From an uncultured virus (IMG/VR IMGVR_UViG_3300032030_000025) (taxonomy: Duplodnaviria; Heunggongvirae; Uroviricota; Caudoviricetes), in the IMG/VR virus record IMGVR_UViG_3300032030_000025, positions 1-64,000 of that record: a stretch of 64,000 nucleotides of DNA. One strand, given 5' to 3'. Of the stretch, positions 19,949 to 29,314 are shown piece after piece. Under the pieces are notes generated by a model that did no database searches, was not told the origin of the DNA, and saw only the letters and a list, made by a program, of their open reading frames with translations. Each line of letters begins with the position of its first letter. The stretch's first letter is position 1. A program made the position numbers and the translations under genes.

Positions 19949-20674
19949 TTATATATCATTGTTAGGGAAAAGAGGTCCATTGTCGAATGCGTTCATCATT
20001 TCATCCTCTTCGTCTCCGAGTTGTTTTCTTCTCCACAATTCTGCTCTTTCCTTTTCTCTCTTAGCCCTTCTGTATTCCAAGTCGTGTTTCTTTCTCCAAG
20101 CATCTTGTCTTGCCTTCTTCATAGCTTGTGTCATAACTGGACCGTTTTGATTCTGCATTTGAGACATATTTGGAGGATTACCAACTGGACCTTGCTTTGG
20201 TTGATTGGGCTTGTTTATGTATCTACCGAAGTAATCCACATTGTTTGATTGGTTGTCCATCACATCATTGTTAAGGTTTCTTTGCAGCATCAAGTCATCG
20301 TTATCGAATTTTACTTGAGCTATGACAGTGTATTGTTTGTCTCCGTTAGGATTGTATCTGTCATCTGGTGCTTTATGGAATGTTGATGTTGTTGGTTTCC
20401 AAGTCAATATTCTGTCAAGTCTGAAAAGTTTCCAATCAGGAACACCTCGTCTTGTTGCACCGTTGTATGCATATGCCCTTATACCATATTTTCCGTGTCC
20501 CATATCAACCAACGAACAAGGCTCAATCCATCTTGTTCCAAGCGGTGGATTGGGCTGCTCATCGTTGTATGTTATGGCTACAACTCTTTTATCGTCCAAT
20601 GCTGATATTACTTCATCCCTACTAACGCTTTCTGTTAGTATTGATTCCATTATATTGTATAGATTCAAACTCAT
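19949..20674 (-). CDS. WYL-domain protein
   Basis: VVAITY...RWIEPCSL...IRAY...WKLFRLDRI. Confidence 0.75.
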   Translation of the reverse strand: MSLNLYNIMESILTESVSRDEVISALDDKRVVAITYNDEQPNPPLGTRWIEPCSLVDMGHGKYGIRAYAYNGATRRGVPDWKLFRLDRILTWKPTTSTFHKAPDDRYNPNGDKQYTVIAQVKFDNDDLMLQRNLNNDVMDNQSNNVDYFGRYINKPNQPKQGPVGNPPNMSQMQNQNGPVMTQAMKKARQDAWRKKHDLEYRRAKREKERAELWRRKQLGDEEDEMMNAFDNGPLFPNNDI

Positions 20675-20788
20675 TTCTATGAAACTTTAATTCTTAACAA
20701 TAAATATTTTGAATCATATAAAAAATAATGGATTTCTTAAAAAAGTAAAGAAATCCATTGTTGAAAAACTTAGAATAAAATAGATAAC

Positions 20789-21199
20789 TTATCCACAATT
20801 GACAATTTTTTGTGTATATCCAACTTGATATTGTCCTTGAGCCACGTTTTGGTCTGTTTCAACCAATGCGGCACTGTATGGGGTTTGGTCGTTGTACATT
20901 GATACTGACATAGCATACTCACGACCACCGATGCCGTTACGACCCTTGATGTCATAGCATCCACCGATGTTCGAACTTGGACTTGTATCAAAGTTGCTGT
21001 AATCTATTGTACCCGTTGGTTTGTTACAATCTGGAAGATAGTGAGTATGCCCACCGTGTCCGCTACCCTTACCTTGAACGTCACCATCACTAAGTGCGTC
21101 CTTGTGTGTGGCAGAATATTGGTCATTGATATTATAGTCACTTCTTACGATTTCGGTATTTCTCTCTTCAATACCTCTCTTTTCAAGACAACTTTGCAT
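20789..21199 (-). CDS. Hypothetical (putative virion) protein
   Basis: ORF with an upstream TATTTAT motif; YSATHKDALSDGD. Confidence 0.7.
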   Translation of the reverse strand: MQSCLEKRGIEERNTEIVRSDYNINDQYSATHKDALSDGDVQGKGSGHGGHTHYLPDCNKPTGTIDYSNFDTSPSSNIGGCYDIKGRNGIGGREYAMSVSMYNDQTPYSAALVETDQNVAQGQYQVGYTQKIVNCG

Positions 21200-21262
21200 A
21201 ATAGTTGGTGTTATTTTTTATATAAGTTATTTTTTAATAATAAATATTATTATTTTGATTTT

Positions 21263-22588
21263 TTATACTGGTAATAGTATAGAATTTTTCAATGGTAGTT
21301 TTTTCTTTTGTAGTTCGGCATTATCAGATAAACCACAAATGATTTCGTCTATCTGAACAGTAGTACCTTTTTTCAACCTCAATTCCATTTCTTTGTTCAA
21401 TTCACTTGCATTTACTTCAACTGATGTTTCCCAATCAACATCTTCTGGTCTAACCCATCCGTGAAGCACGACACAATCTTGACAGAAGATGTTGTCCATT
21501 CCAAAACTAACACCTCCGTTTTTCGCCCAACTCCAACATACACCTATTTGTGGGAAGTTTTTGTTGTATTCATTGTAAACGTCTTCTTTACTTGTCAAAC
21601 GAGGTACAGCAAGTGCTCTTTCCACATATATGAGATTGTTTTCATTGATGGTTAATGATTTAGGGAAACCATAGCAAGCCAACAATGATTTGATTATTTG
21701 GTTTTTACCTTCCATTGTCAAATATTCACTTGATAGGTCGCTATCGTCAATATTGTTGATTTTGTCACCACATGTGAAATATCTTTCATTATCACCGAGA
21801 GTCCTAATCCAATCCATCATATTTCTAATTGAATCAATACACAATACATGTTCTAAATCAACTGTTTCAATGATTTGTGAAACATTGTTTATAATATCGT
21901 TCAATGAAATGCTTGATGGTTGCAACTTGCCGTATTTACCTATATTTTCCAAGTAGTCTATAAAGTGCTCGTATGTCAGCTTGTATCCGTTTTCTTCAGA
22001 ACCGAATTCCTTGAAAGGTATGTTCAGTTCTGCTCTTCTTTCCTTTATAAGCTTCAATTGGCTTGTTGTAAGACAAATTTCCTTGATATGTATTTGACCG
22101 TTTTTTGTATTGATTGGTTTGATTCCATCATTTGTGATTGGTTTTGGTGCTTTAGGTTTCTTTGGTAATGTAGGCTTTGGTGCTTGGTGTCCCAATCTGT
22201 TTTGCGCATTTTTATGCTGCAACCTCAATTCACCGTTTCTGCCATAAACCCAATCAGTGAAATAATGCTCCAATTTGCTGGTTGAAACCTTGTTCCTATG
22301 TATACCACCTTCAACAGTCTTGTTAGAAACTCCATCGTTGCTGTCTATTTCCTTGTCTTTTTCAGTGTGAACGTTAGCATCATCAACTACTTTACCGTCA
22401 TCCTTCTTCTTGGCTTGGTTATAGTCTTCATCTTGCAAGTGCTTTAGCATCTTGTAGCCATCCTTGTCCTCCAACCCCATTGCTTCCATCTGGCTTATTG
22501 CGGCTTGAAGCTTCTGTTTGCCTTTTTGTGAAAGATGATATGTCTGTTTGTTAAGTTCTTTACTGTCTTCTTGTAGATATATTGGCAT
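21263..22588 (-). CDS. Two-part protein, C-terminal domain possibly an ADP-ribosyltransferase
   Basis: IYVERAL ... GVCWSW ... EMELRL gives R-S-ExE order; internal leader-like ICLTTSQLKLIKE. Confidence 0.5.
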   Translation of the reverse strand: MPIYLQEDSKELNKQTYHLSQKGKQKLQAAISQMEAMGLEDKDGYKMLKHLQDEDYNQAKKKDDGKVVDDANVHTEKDKEIDSNDGVSNKTVEGGIHRNKVSTSKLEHYFTDWVYGRNGELRLQHKNAQNRLGHQAPKPTLPKKPKAPKPITNDGIKPINTKNGQIHIKEICLTTSQLKLIKERRAELNIPFKEFGSEENGYKLTYEHFIDYLENIGKYGKLQPSSISLNDIINNVSQIIETVDLEHVLCIDSIRNMMDWIRTLGDNERYFTCGDKINNIDDSDLSSEYLTMEGKNQIIKSLLACYGFPKSLTINENNLIYVERALAVPRLTSKEDVYNEYNKNFPQIGVCWSWAKNGGVSFGMDNIFCQDCVVLHGWVRPEDVDWETSVEVNASELNKEMELRLKKGTTVQIDEIICGLSDNAELQKKKLPLKNSILLPV

Positions 22589-22603
22589 AGCTTATTTAAT
22601 TTT

Positions 22604-22834
22604 TTACCATTTATGATAACCGTCCATAAAGGATTGATTGGACAAGTCTCTTTGAACCTTATCTGCTGTCTTTGGCTTGCCGAATGTTGTATTACCATCA
22701 GTATCCTTGACATTGGCTGTTGCCGAAACTGTTGATTCTGGGTATTCCTTTATATTGTTTGGCGAATTGTCCCCTATGGTAGTCAATTCAAACAAACGTG
22801 TTGCTTGAGATTCAAGTAATTTTATAGTTTTCAT
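22604..22834 (-). CDS. Small protein with leader-like N-terminus
   Basis: MKTIKLLESQATRLFE. Confidence 0.7.
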   Translation of the reverse strand: MKTIKLLESQATRLFELTTIGDNSPNNIKEYPESTVSATANVKDTDGNTTFGKPKTADKVQRDLSNQSFMDGYHKW

Positions 22835-22861
22835 TGTTTTATTTGGTTATTTATAATATAT

Positions 22862-22875
22862 TATAAATATTTATA
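22862..22875. promoter_or_regulatory. Back-to-back putative late promoters
   Basis: Palindrome TATAAATATTTATA gives TATTTATA on both strands between divergent genes. Confidence 0.55.
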
Positions 22876-22903
22876 ACTAGGATAAAATATAAAAAAAATT
22901 ACA

Positions 22904-24853
22904 ATGGGAAACATCAAAAACAATAATAGACACAATATAAAGCTTAACATAAACTATGATGAGTATTGGGATTTCTTCTTGAACAAGGACAGATTCGGTG
23001 CTTATTGTTTTGACGGTTCAAGGCTTTATGATAAATGTCTAATCTCCTACATAGACACAAGCGACAGCGCTTGTACAGTTGAAGACGATTGGCTTATCAG
23101 CAACGAGTCATACAGATGGGAAAGCGGTGTATCTATAGGATATACTCTTCATAATGTAGGGTATACTGGTGTTGACAACGGACTTTTCAGATTCAGAAAG
23201 GATAGAATTTCAAATGAAGAGTTTGTAAAGATTTATTCAGAGTCTGACTTTTCTTTTGAAGAGGATGATATGAGGCTTAAACTGCATGCCATAAGCGGCA
23301 ACACATTGCAGTACGAATATCCGATGAGGATTGAAAACGGACTTGCGAGATGCAACGGTGGTTTCTTCCAAGGGGTATTCAAGACAGAATGTGACAAGTA
23401 TCAGATATTACCAAGCTCATTGTTCGAGGATGTTTGGGACTTTGAATTCGTTCTCAAGAAGGAGGACTTTGAAAAGGAAAGCGACAAGACATTGAACGAT
23501 AAACATCCAGAAAATAAGGGCATATTCTTCTATATGGGTGTAAGAGCCGAAAACAAATGGGATATTCTTTATGACAAGTCGTTGACAAGCGGAGACACGC
23601 TTGATACGGATGATGTGGTTGATTATCTTGGAATGGACTGTGATTGTTCAACGTTGCATAGATTCACAGATGTCGATTGGTACGGTGAATTGGTGTGGTG
23701 GAGGGTAAACCCAATAGAGAACTACGTTGATTACATATATTACCCAGACTCAATGTACAAGAATGATGACGAATATTTTTCAGATTATATCTTTGACGAG
23801 GACAAACCTATAATTATAGATGATAGGACACTTGCAAAGGAGCTGAAGGACTGCTGTACTTGCGAAAAGGAGGTGAAGAGCATTGTGAAGCAAGAGCTTG
23901 TATGTTGCGGATGTGGAAAGTGCAAAGCAATAGGAATTCCAAAATACAAGGTTGAAAAGGTTGACTGTCATTCTTGCTTGTTCGGTGCTGATTATTTGGA
24001 TGGGTTAGACGAGCTTGACTATGATACTGATTATGTTGCACCAGAAACTGATTTGTCATTGTATGACTTCCAAACGGCAGAACACGGTTTGAGTCTTTTC
24101 AAGTTCAAGAGATATACAAAGATATACAGTGACAACAAGTTCTTGCTATTCCATAGGGCAAAGGGAGGTTTTTGCGTTAGGAATTGGGTTGAGGACACTG
24201 TAGTCGAATATATGTATGAGAGGAACAGATTCAACGAGAACTTGTTCTTGATAATGAATAGAACTTGCACTGGTTATACTGTTTGGAACATTGATGACCT
24301 CAAGGAGCAATATGCTGAAAAGTACAATATCTATGAGGATTTGTACAACAATGCATTGTGCTTCAGAATCACTGACGAAGGCGAGGTTGGATATAGGTAT
24401 TTGAGTGTTGACTGTGAAGTTAGCGGTGACAACAAGATAAAGATATACGAGGGATATTCCAACAAGGGTGTTATAAAGGACAAACAATGGCACTTAATAC
24501 ACGTCAAGGTGATTGGCGGTGTCAAGACCATGTATTTCAAGTTCTATGTGGATGGAAGACTGAAGTATATTACACAAGAGGTTCCATTGTTGAACTTGAG
24601 GAAGCTTCAAGAGGAAGACGAGAAGCAAGAGTTGGTTGCATATAACATTTCATTGGGTGGTGGCACACAAGGTCTATGTGATGTTATAATGCCAGATTAT
24701 ATGAGGGTTTACAATGTGCTTATGCCGTTGGAGGAAAATTTCGGTGGCACGTTTATAGGATATATCAAGATATTCAGATGGTATAACTGCACAATGGAGG
24801 TAATGAATATAAGGAATAACTACAATTATGAAATCAGACGTATTAAATTATAA
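22904..24853 (+). CDS. Putative virion structural protein, possible C-terminal LamG/concanavalin-like fold
   Basis: WHLIHVK...KFYVDGRL...ISLGGG...FIGYI; Cys-rich acidic middle. Confidence 0.55.
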   Translation: MGNIKNNNRHNIKLNINYDEYWDFFLNKDRFGAYCFDGSRLYDKCLISYIDTSDSACTVEDDWLISNESYRWESGVSIGYTLHNVGYTGVDNGLFRFRKDRISNEEFVKIYSESDFSFEEDDMRLKLHAISGNTLQYEYPMRIENGLARCNGGFFQGVFKTECDKYQILPSSLFEDVWDFEFVLKKEDFEKESDKTLNDKHPENKGIFFYMGVRAENKWDILYDKSLTSGDTLDTDDVVDYLGMDCDCSTLHRFTDVDWYGELVWWRVNPIENYVDYIYYPDSMYKNDDEYFSDYIFDEDKPIIIDDRTLAKELKDCCTCEKEVKSIVKQELVCCGCGKCKAIGIPKYKVEKVDCHSCLFGADYLDGLDELDYDTDYVAPETDLSLYDFQTAEHGLSLFKFKRYTKIYSDNKFLLFHRAKGGFCVRNWVEDTVVEYMYERNRFNENLFLIMNRTCTGYTVWNIDDLKEQYAEKYNIYEDLYNNALCFRITDEGEVGYRYLSVDCEVSGDNKIKIYEGYSNKGVIKDKQWHLIHVKVIGGVKTMYFKFYVDGRLKYITQEVPLLNLRKLQEEDEKQELVAYNISLGGGTQGLCDVIMPDYMRVYNVLMPLEENFGGTFIGYIKIFRWYNCTMEVMNIRNNYNYEIRRIKL

Positions 24854-24965
24854 ACTAATAAATAATGTCTTGAACAAGTATTTGCCAAAGAATTTATTGA
24901 AAATTAGCGATTAGAAAAATATTTATATAAAAAAAAATAATAACTATAACAAAAAACTATAAACT

Positions 24966-25715
24966 ATGCTTGAATTAATCAAAAAATCAGATTTAAAGAA
25001 TCCTTACTACTATGTAAATGACAATGTTCTTTATGCAATCAGCGACACTCAAATGGATGAGAATTTAGCTGAAATTGAAGATAAGAGAATAGGAGAACAC
25101 TTAGTCGTATATGTAACAGAAGAACAAGAACTTGCTAAAGGAACAAAATATAGAGATTTGCACAACGATGAGCAAACAGCCCTTGTTGACGGATTATATC
25201 AAGTTTCAACAAACAAGATTAATGTAGAGGAATGTAAAGCCATATTCCCTTACTGCACAGTATCCTATGAGGATGATGACAGCAACACATATGAGGAAAT
25301 TTATTGGCTGCAAGATTACATCAAGGTTGGTGACAAGTTTGTTAACGGCCATTTTGAAAGTTATCATTCCGATTATCAGAAAGACTATGAAAACAAGGCA
25401 ATTGTTGAAATAGGCAAGTTGATTGACAAGGGAACCAATTTAAACCAAATCATCAGCAAATTCCCATATTACATTTTTGACTCAGCAATGATTGAGGATA
25501 AAGTTAAAATTAATACCGAAGACGGACAGAAGATGGTTACATATAATGGCGTTGAAGGTGTTACAACAAAGTCAACTAAAGATATGAAGGATATTATTGC
25601 CAAATCAGTTCAAGACAAGACAGTAGCCTTTGCAAATCAAAAGTTGGATGCGTACAACTTGAAAGTAACAGATGATGCAATTGACATCAATTCATCTACA
25701 GTTGTTGATAAGTAA
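24966..25715 (+). CDS. Hypothetical protein
   Basis: ORF with TATTTATA at 24920. Confidence 0.7.
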   Translation: MLELIKKSDLKNPYYYVNDNVLYAISDTQMDENLAEIEDKRIGEHLVVYVTEEQELAKGTKYRDLHNDEQTALVDGLYQVSTNKINVEECKAIFPYCTVSYEDDDSNTYEEIYWLQDYIKVGDKFVNGHFESYHSDYQKDYENKAIVEIGKLIDKGTNLNQIISKFPYYIFDSAMIEDKVKINTEDGQKMVTYNGVEGVTTKSTKDMKDIIAKSVQDKTVAFANQKLDAYNLKVTDDAIDINSSTVVDK

Positions 25716-25736
25716 TGATTCCAAAAAAATAGTTTT

Positions 25737-26198
25737 ATGGACAAACCAATATTAGGTAAAAACGTATCTTTAATAGATAGCCCAAATTTCGGGTCTGAAC
25801 CTTATCTCATAAAGATTGGTGACAACACTACCATAAGTTTCGGATGCAGCTTTGTCACTCACGATGGTGCTACAAGGGTTGTTAGGAACATAAAGGGCCA
25901 AAACCCACAAACAGTAATCTACGGACCAATTGTAATTGGCAAGAACTGTTTTGTAGGATGCAATTCTACCATTCTGCAAAACGTGCACATAGGTGACAAC
26001 ACAATAATTGGTGCTTGCAGCCTTGTTGACAAGGACATCCCAAGCAATGTTGTTGCGGCTGGTGTACCTTGCAAGGTTATATGCACGTTGGACGAGTATA
26101 TCAATAAGCACAAGGACGAGTTCGAATATATGGTGAAGATGCCATATGAGGAAAAGAAGAAATATCTGCTTAAGAAATTTCAGAACGACTTGAAATGA
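25737..26198 (+). CDS. Hexapeptide-repeat sugar O-acyltransferase
   Basis: IKIGDNTTIS, VTHDG, IVIGKNCFVGCNSTIL, IPSNVVAAGVPCKVI. Confidence 0.9.
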   Translation: MDKPILGKNVSLIDSPNFGSEPYLIKIGDNTTISFGCSFVTHDGATRVVRNIKGQNPQTVIYGPIVIGKNCFVGCNSTILQNVHIGDNTIIGACSLVDKDIPSNVVAAGVPCKVICTLDEYINKHKDEFEYMVKMPYEEKKKYLLKKFQNDLK

Positions 26199-26281
26199 TA
26201 AAAAAAAAAGAAGTGAAATTAAATCACTTCTTTTTTTTATTTGCCATCAATTTTTAGTATGAATCATTCACATAGTTTCTT

Positions 26282-26572
26282 TTATAGACCCATATGTTGT
26301 TTCTTTCTGTCATTGAGTCTACGCTCCACTTCTCTAACATATTGACACCATTCGTCATATCCCATTAAATTCCCAAATTCTGTAAGAATAGCCATTGGGC
26401 TATATGCTTGTAGTAATTGAGACATAATTCTCATGCATTCGTTATGTTCACCATTGTCAACTGATTCACTACCCATATTTCCATCGAAATAAGATTCTTT
26501 CATTATTCTTTTTACACTATTCTTTACTATTCTGTGTAAATCATTTTCTGTTAGTCTTACAATTTTCTTCAT
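26282..26572 (-). CDS. RLTE-leader protein, unknown cargo
   Basis: Start at MKKIVRLTENDLHRIVKNSVKRIMKE. Confidence 0.8.
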   Translation of the reverse strand: MKKIVRLTENDLHRIVKNSVKRIMKESYFDGNMGSESVDNGEHNECMRIMSQLLQAYSPMAILTEFGNLMGYDEWCQYVREVERRLNDRKKQHMGL

Positions 26573-26607
26573 ATTATTTAGTATTTTAAATATAAATATT
26601 TTTTTTT

Positions 26608-27099
26608 TCAAAAATCAATATAGTCATTGAAAAAGAAATCATCGATTACGCCCAATTTTAGTGCATATCTGTATGCCGTATTGTTTCCTTTGGAGAATTC
26701 TGTCTTTGTATTGTATTTCAATGCCTCTTGCTCAATGTTCTTGTATATGTTCCAATATCCCTTCTTGTGCTGTTTCCTTATCACAAGCCAATCCATATCA
26801 TCAATGTAGCCGTACTTGTATGCAGCAAAGAACGCGCTCAAGTTTCCTTTCTTGAACTCTTCCTTTGTTGAATACTTCCTTGCCTCTTCCATTATGTTTT
26901 CCTTGTTCTTCCAATATCCGTGAGGATGATTCGTGTTTTCTTGTGTGTCAAGCCAAGTCATTTCATCAATCCACTTGTTTCTTTTGGCAGAGTCATATGC
27001 CCTACGTGACATTCTGTTGAATTCAGTCCTTGACGAATATTTCTTCGATTCATTAATCACGTTTTCCTTATTTTTCCAATGATTCTTTTCGTGCCTCAT
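26608..27099 (-). CDS. Triple-repeat protein (W..E...EA.KY....EF......AY..A...G..D)
   Basis: Three ~55-aa repeats of the kind appended to phage homing endonucleases; no nuclease domain. Confidence 0.7.
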   Translation of the reverse strand: MRHEKNHWKNKENVINESKKYSSRTEFNRMSRRAYDSAKRNKWIDEMTWLDTQENTNHPHGYWKNKENIMEEARKYSTKEEFKKGNLSAFFAAYKYGYIDDMDWLVIRKQHKKGYWNIYKNIEQEALKYNTKTEFSKGNNTAYRYALKLGVIDDFFFNDYIDF

Positions 27100-27205
27100 A
27101 AAATTGGTGTCTTTATAACAATAAGTACAATTCAAAAAGGAAATAAACGATAATTTTCTGATATTTATTTGTAAAAAATAATTAATAAAGAAAAATAAAT
27201 CAAAT

Positions 27206-29281
27206 ATGCGTGGGTTGTTTTTTTATAAATTAGTAAGCCCTTATCGAGAGGACATAACAAAGGATTGTAAATTGACAATAAATGAGATAGACAGCAACTT
27301 TATCACATTGAAGGATGCTGACATCAAGTCATTTACATTTGACGAGAATACGAACAAGCTCATACTTACAAGGAACAGTAAGGATGAGCAACCCCTTGTT
27401 GCCGATTTATCTCCTTTGGCCGAAGGTGTCGTGCACAATCTATATGTTGCATATGATAAGGAAAAGGGTGAGATAAAGATAACTTGGGATGACAATGTGG
27501 CTATCATTGACGGTCTTATCACAAAGAAGAACGTTGGTACATATATGCTCACTCACGTCAATTCAGATTCTACGCTTGTTGGTTTGGGAACGGAGCATTG
27601 TCCACTTGGAATCAACGTTGTTGATAGAACTGGAGTTTATAGACCTTGCATCAAGTATTTGAACATTGCTGGTGGAGAATTTCTTCCAAAGCCTTGTGAT
27701 GTTGAGAAGGGTGACAGATATGTCACTAGGGAATGTGTTAGCGAATATGGCTATCTTTATGACTACAAGGCAGTACAAGCAATCAATGAGGACTTGAAGT
27801 TCGGTTGGAGGGTTCCAACAAAGGAGGATTGGGACGGTATGTTGAATGCTGTTGAACCTTGTGAATGTGATAGAAACCATGCTAGCACTGTATGCAACAA
27901 GGAATTTGGTAGATGTGCTGGTAAGGTTCTTAAGTCAATGTCCGATTGGGATGAATGCGAAAGTGGTGACTGCGGATGTATATCATCTGAAGACCGTTGC
28001 AGATGCAAGAAGGAGGATTTATTTGAACCAGTTGATGATAATTGCTACCACTACAACAAGAGGGATGGCAACTGCTTCGAATTCCATCCAAAGAGGAAGC
28101 CATGTGACTCAAAGGGACTTGACAAATTCGGTTTGAAATTACTTCCAGCAGGTTATGGTGATGGTTGTGAATTGAAGAATTATTTGGGCAAGAGAGGTTC
28201 TTTTTGGACAAGTACGGCAATCAATAACACTGATGTGTACGCAAAGAGATTCGACTATGACAAGAGCGGAGTTGTTCAAGTTGCAGCAGCACCACATGCC
28301 ATTATGAGCATAAGGCTCGTAAAGGATTATGACGGTTCAAACTTCCACGAGGTTGAATATATCAACGGTAGTGTTTTCCGTTGCATATTGATGCCATCTC
28401 TTACAGCAAAGAGCGGTTACTTGATTTGGACAATAAATAACGTTGCATTCGATGACCCAAGATATTGCCCACAAGAGATTGATATTGTTGATTATGCATT
28501 CAATATCCAATTGTTTACAACAGAATGGAACGGTTTCTTCTGGGTTAAGAAACGTCTTGAAGAGGGTGAATGTGTTGTATTGTTTGACGGTTTGGAAGAT
28601 GATGAATATTCTTTATATATGGTAAAGAATGGTGAGCTTGTATCAGTAGCTAGTCAAATTTACGAAGATATATATGAGAAGTTTGAGCAATTCATACAAG
28701 AAATCAACGGCAGACTTGATGAAGAGATTGAGACAAGACAAGCATCTGATGAAGTGTTCAGTGGGGCAATAGAAGACCTTAGAAGCATTATCGAAAGCGG
28801 TACAAGCGAGATAACTTCGGCAATTACAGAGTTGAGCGGTACTGTTGATGAAATTATTGACCAAATATCTGGTATTACAGATGAAATTGACACATTGAGC
28901 GGAGATGTCGCAACTTTGCAAGAAGAGCTTTCTGGTGAAACAGAAGCGCGTCAAGCAGCAGATGAGGCATTGAGCGGCGCAATTGAAGACCTTTCGAGCG
29001 ATGTTCAAGAAATAGCTTCTGAAGTAGAAGCACTTGGTGGTGCGCTTGAAACTGAAATAAGCGACCGTCAAGCAGCAGATGAGGCATTGAGCGGAGCTAT
29101 TGAGGACGTATCAAGCGAATTGGCAGAAGAGATTGAACGTGCAAAGGAGAGGGAAGATGATATTGAAAGTAGACTTATTAGTCGCGGAGAATATAATTCT
29201 GAAAGTGGAGTTCTTACTTTATTTAAGGAATCAGAAGAAACCATTGAGGTTCAATTCAATGGAAATTATGGAACTTTTTAA
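27206..29281 (+). CDS. Fibre/decoration-like protein with Fib_succ_major-like (C-lectin fold) domain and acidic coiled coil
   Basis: YGYLYDY..GWRVPTKEDW..GKVLKS..DKFGLKLLPAG..FWTST..SIRLVKD; repeated E..RQAADEALSGAIED. Confidence 0.75.
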   Translation: MRGLFFYKLVSPYREDITKDCKLTINEIDSNFITLKDADIKSFTFDENTNKLILTRNSKDEQPLVADLSPLAEGVVHNLYVAYDKEKGEIKITWDDNVAIIDGLITKKNVGTYMLTHVNSDSTLVGLGTEHCPLGINVVDRTGVYRPCIKYLNIAGGEFLPKPCDVEKGDRYVTRECVSEYGYLYDYKAVQAINEDLKFGWRVPTKEDWDGMLNAVEPCECDRNHASTVCNKEFGRCAGKVLKSMSDWDECESGDCGCISSEDRCRCKKEDLFEPVDDNCYHYNKRDGNCFEFHPKRKPCDSKGLDKFGLKLLPAGYGDGCELKNYLGKRGSFWTSTAINNTDVYAKRFDYDKSGVVQVAAAPHAIMSIRLVKDYDGSNFHEVEYINGSVFRCILMPSLTAKSGYLIWTINNVAFDDPRYCPQEIDIVDYAFNIQLFTTEWNGFFWVKKRLEEGECVVLFDGLEDDEYSLYMVKNGELVSVASQIYEDIYEKFEQFIQEINGRLDEEIETRQASDEVFSGAIEDLRSIIESGTSEITSAITELSGTVDEIIDQISGITDEIDTLSGDVATLQEELSGETEARQAADEALSGAIEDLSSDVQEIASEVEALGGALETEISDRQAADEALSGAIEDVSSELAEEIERAKEREDDIESRLISRGEYNSESGVLTLFKESEETIEVQFNGNYGTF

Positions 29282-29314
29282 ATTAATTTGATAAAATAAA
29301 AAAATAGTAATATA

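Noticed and set aside
27700..28330. Diversity-generating retroelement target (C-lectin-like domain)
   Set aside because: No reverse transcriptase and no template repeat with adenine-specific mismatches were seen in the window.
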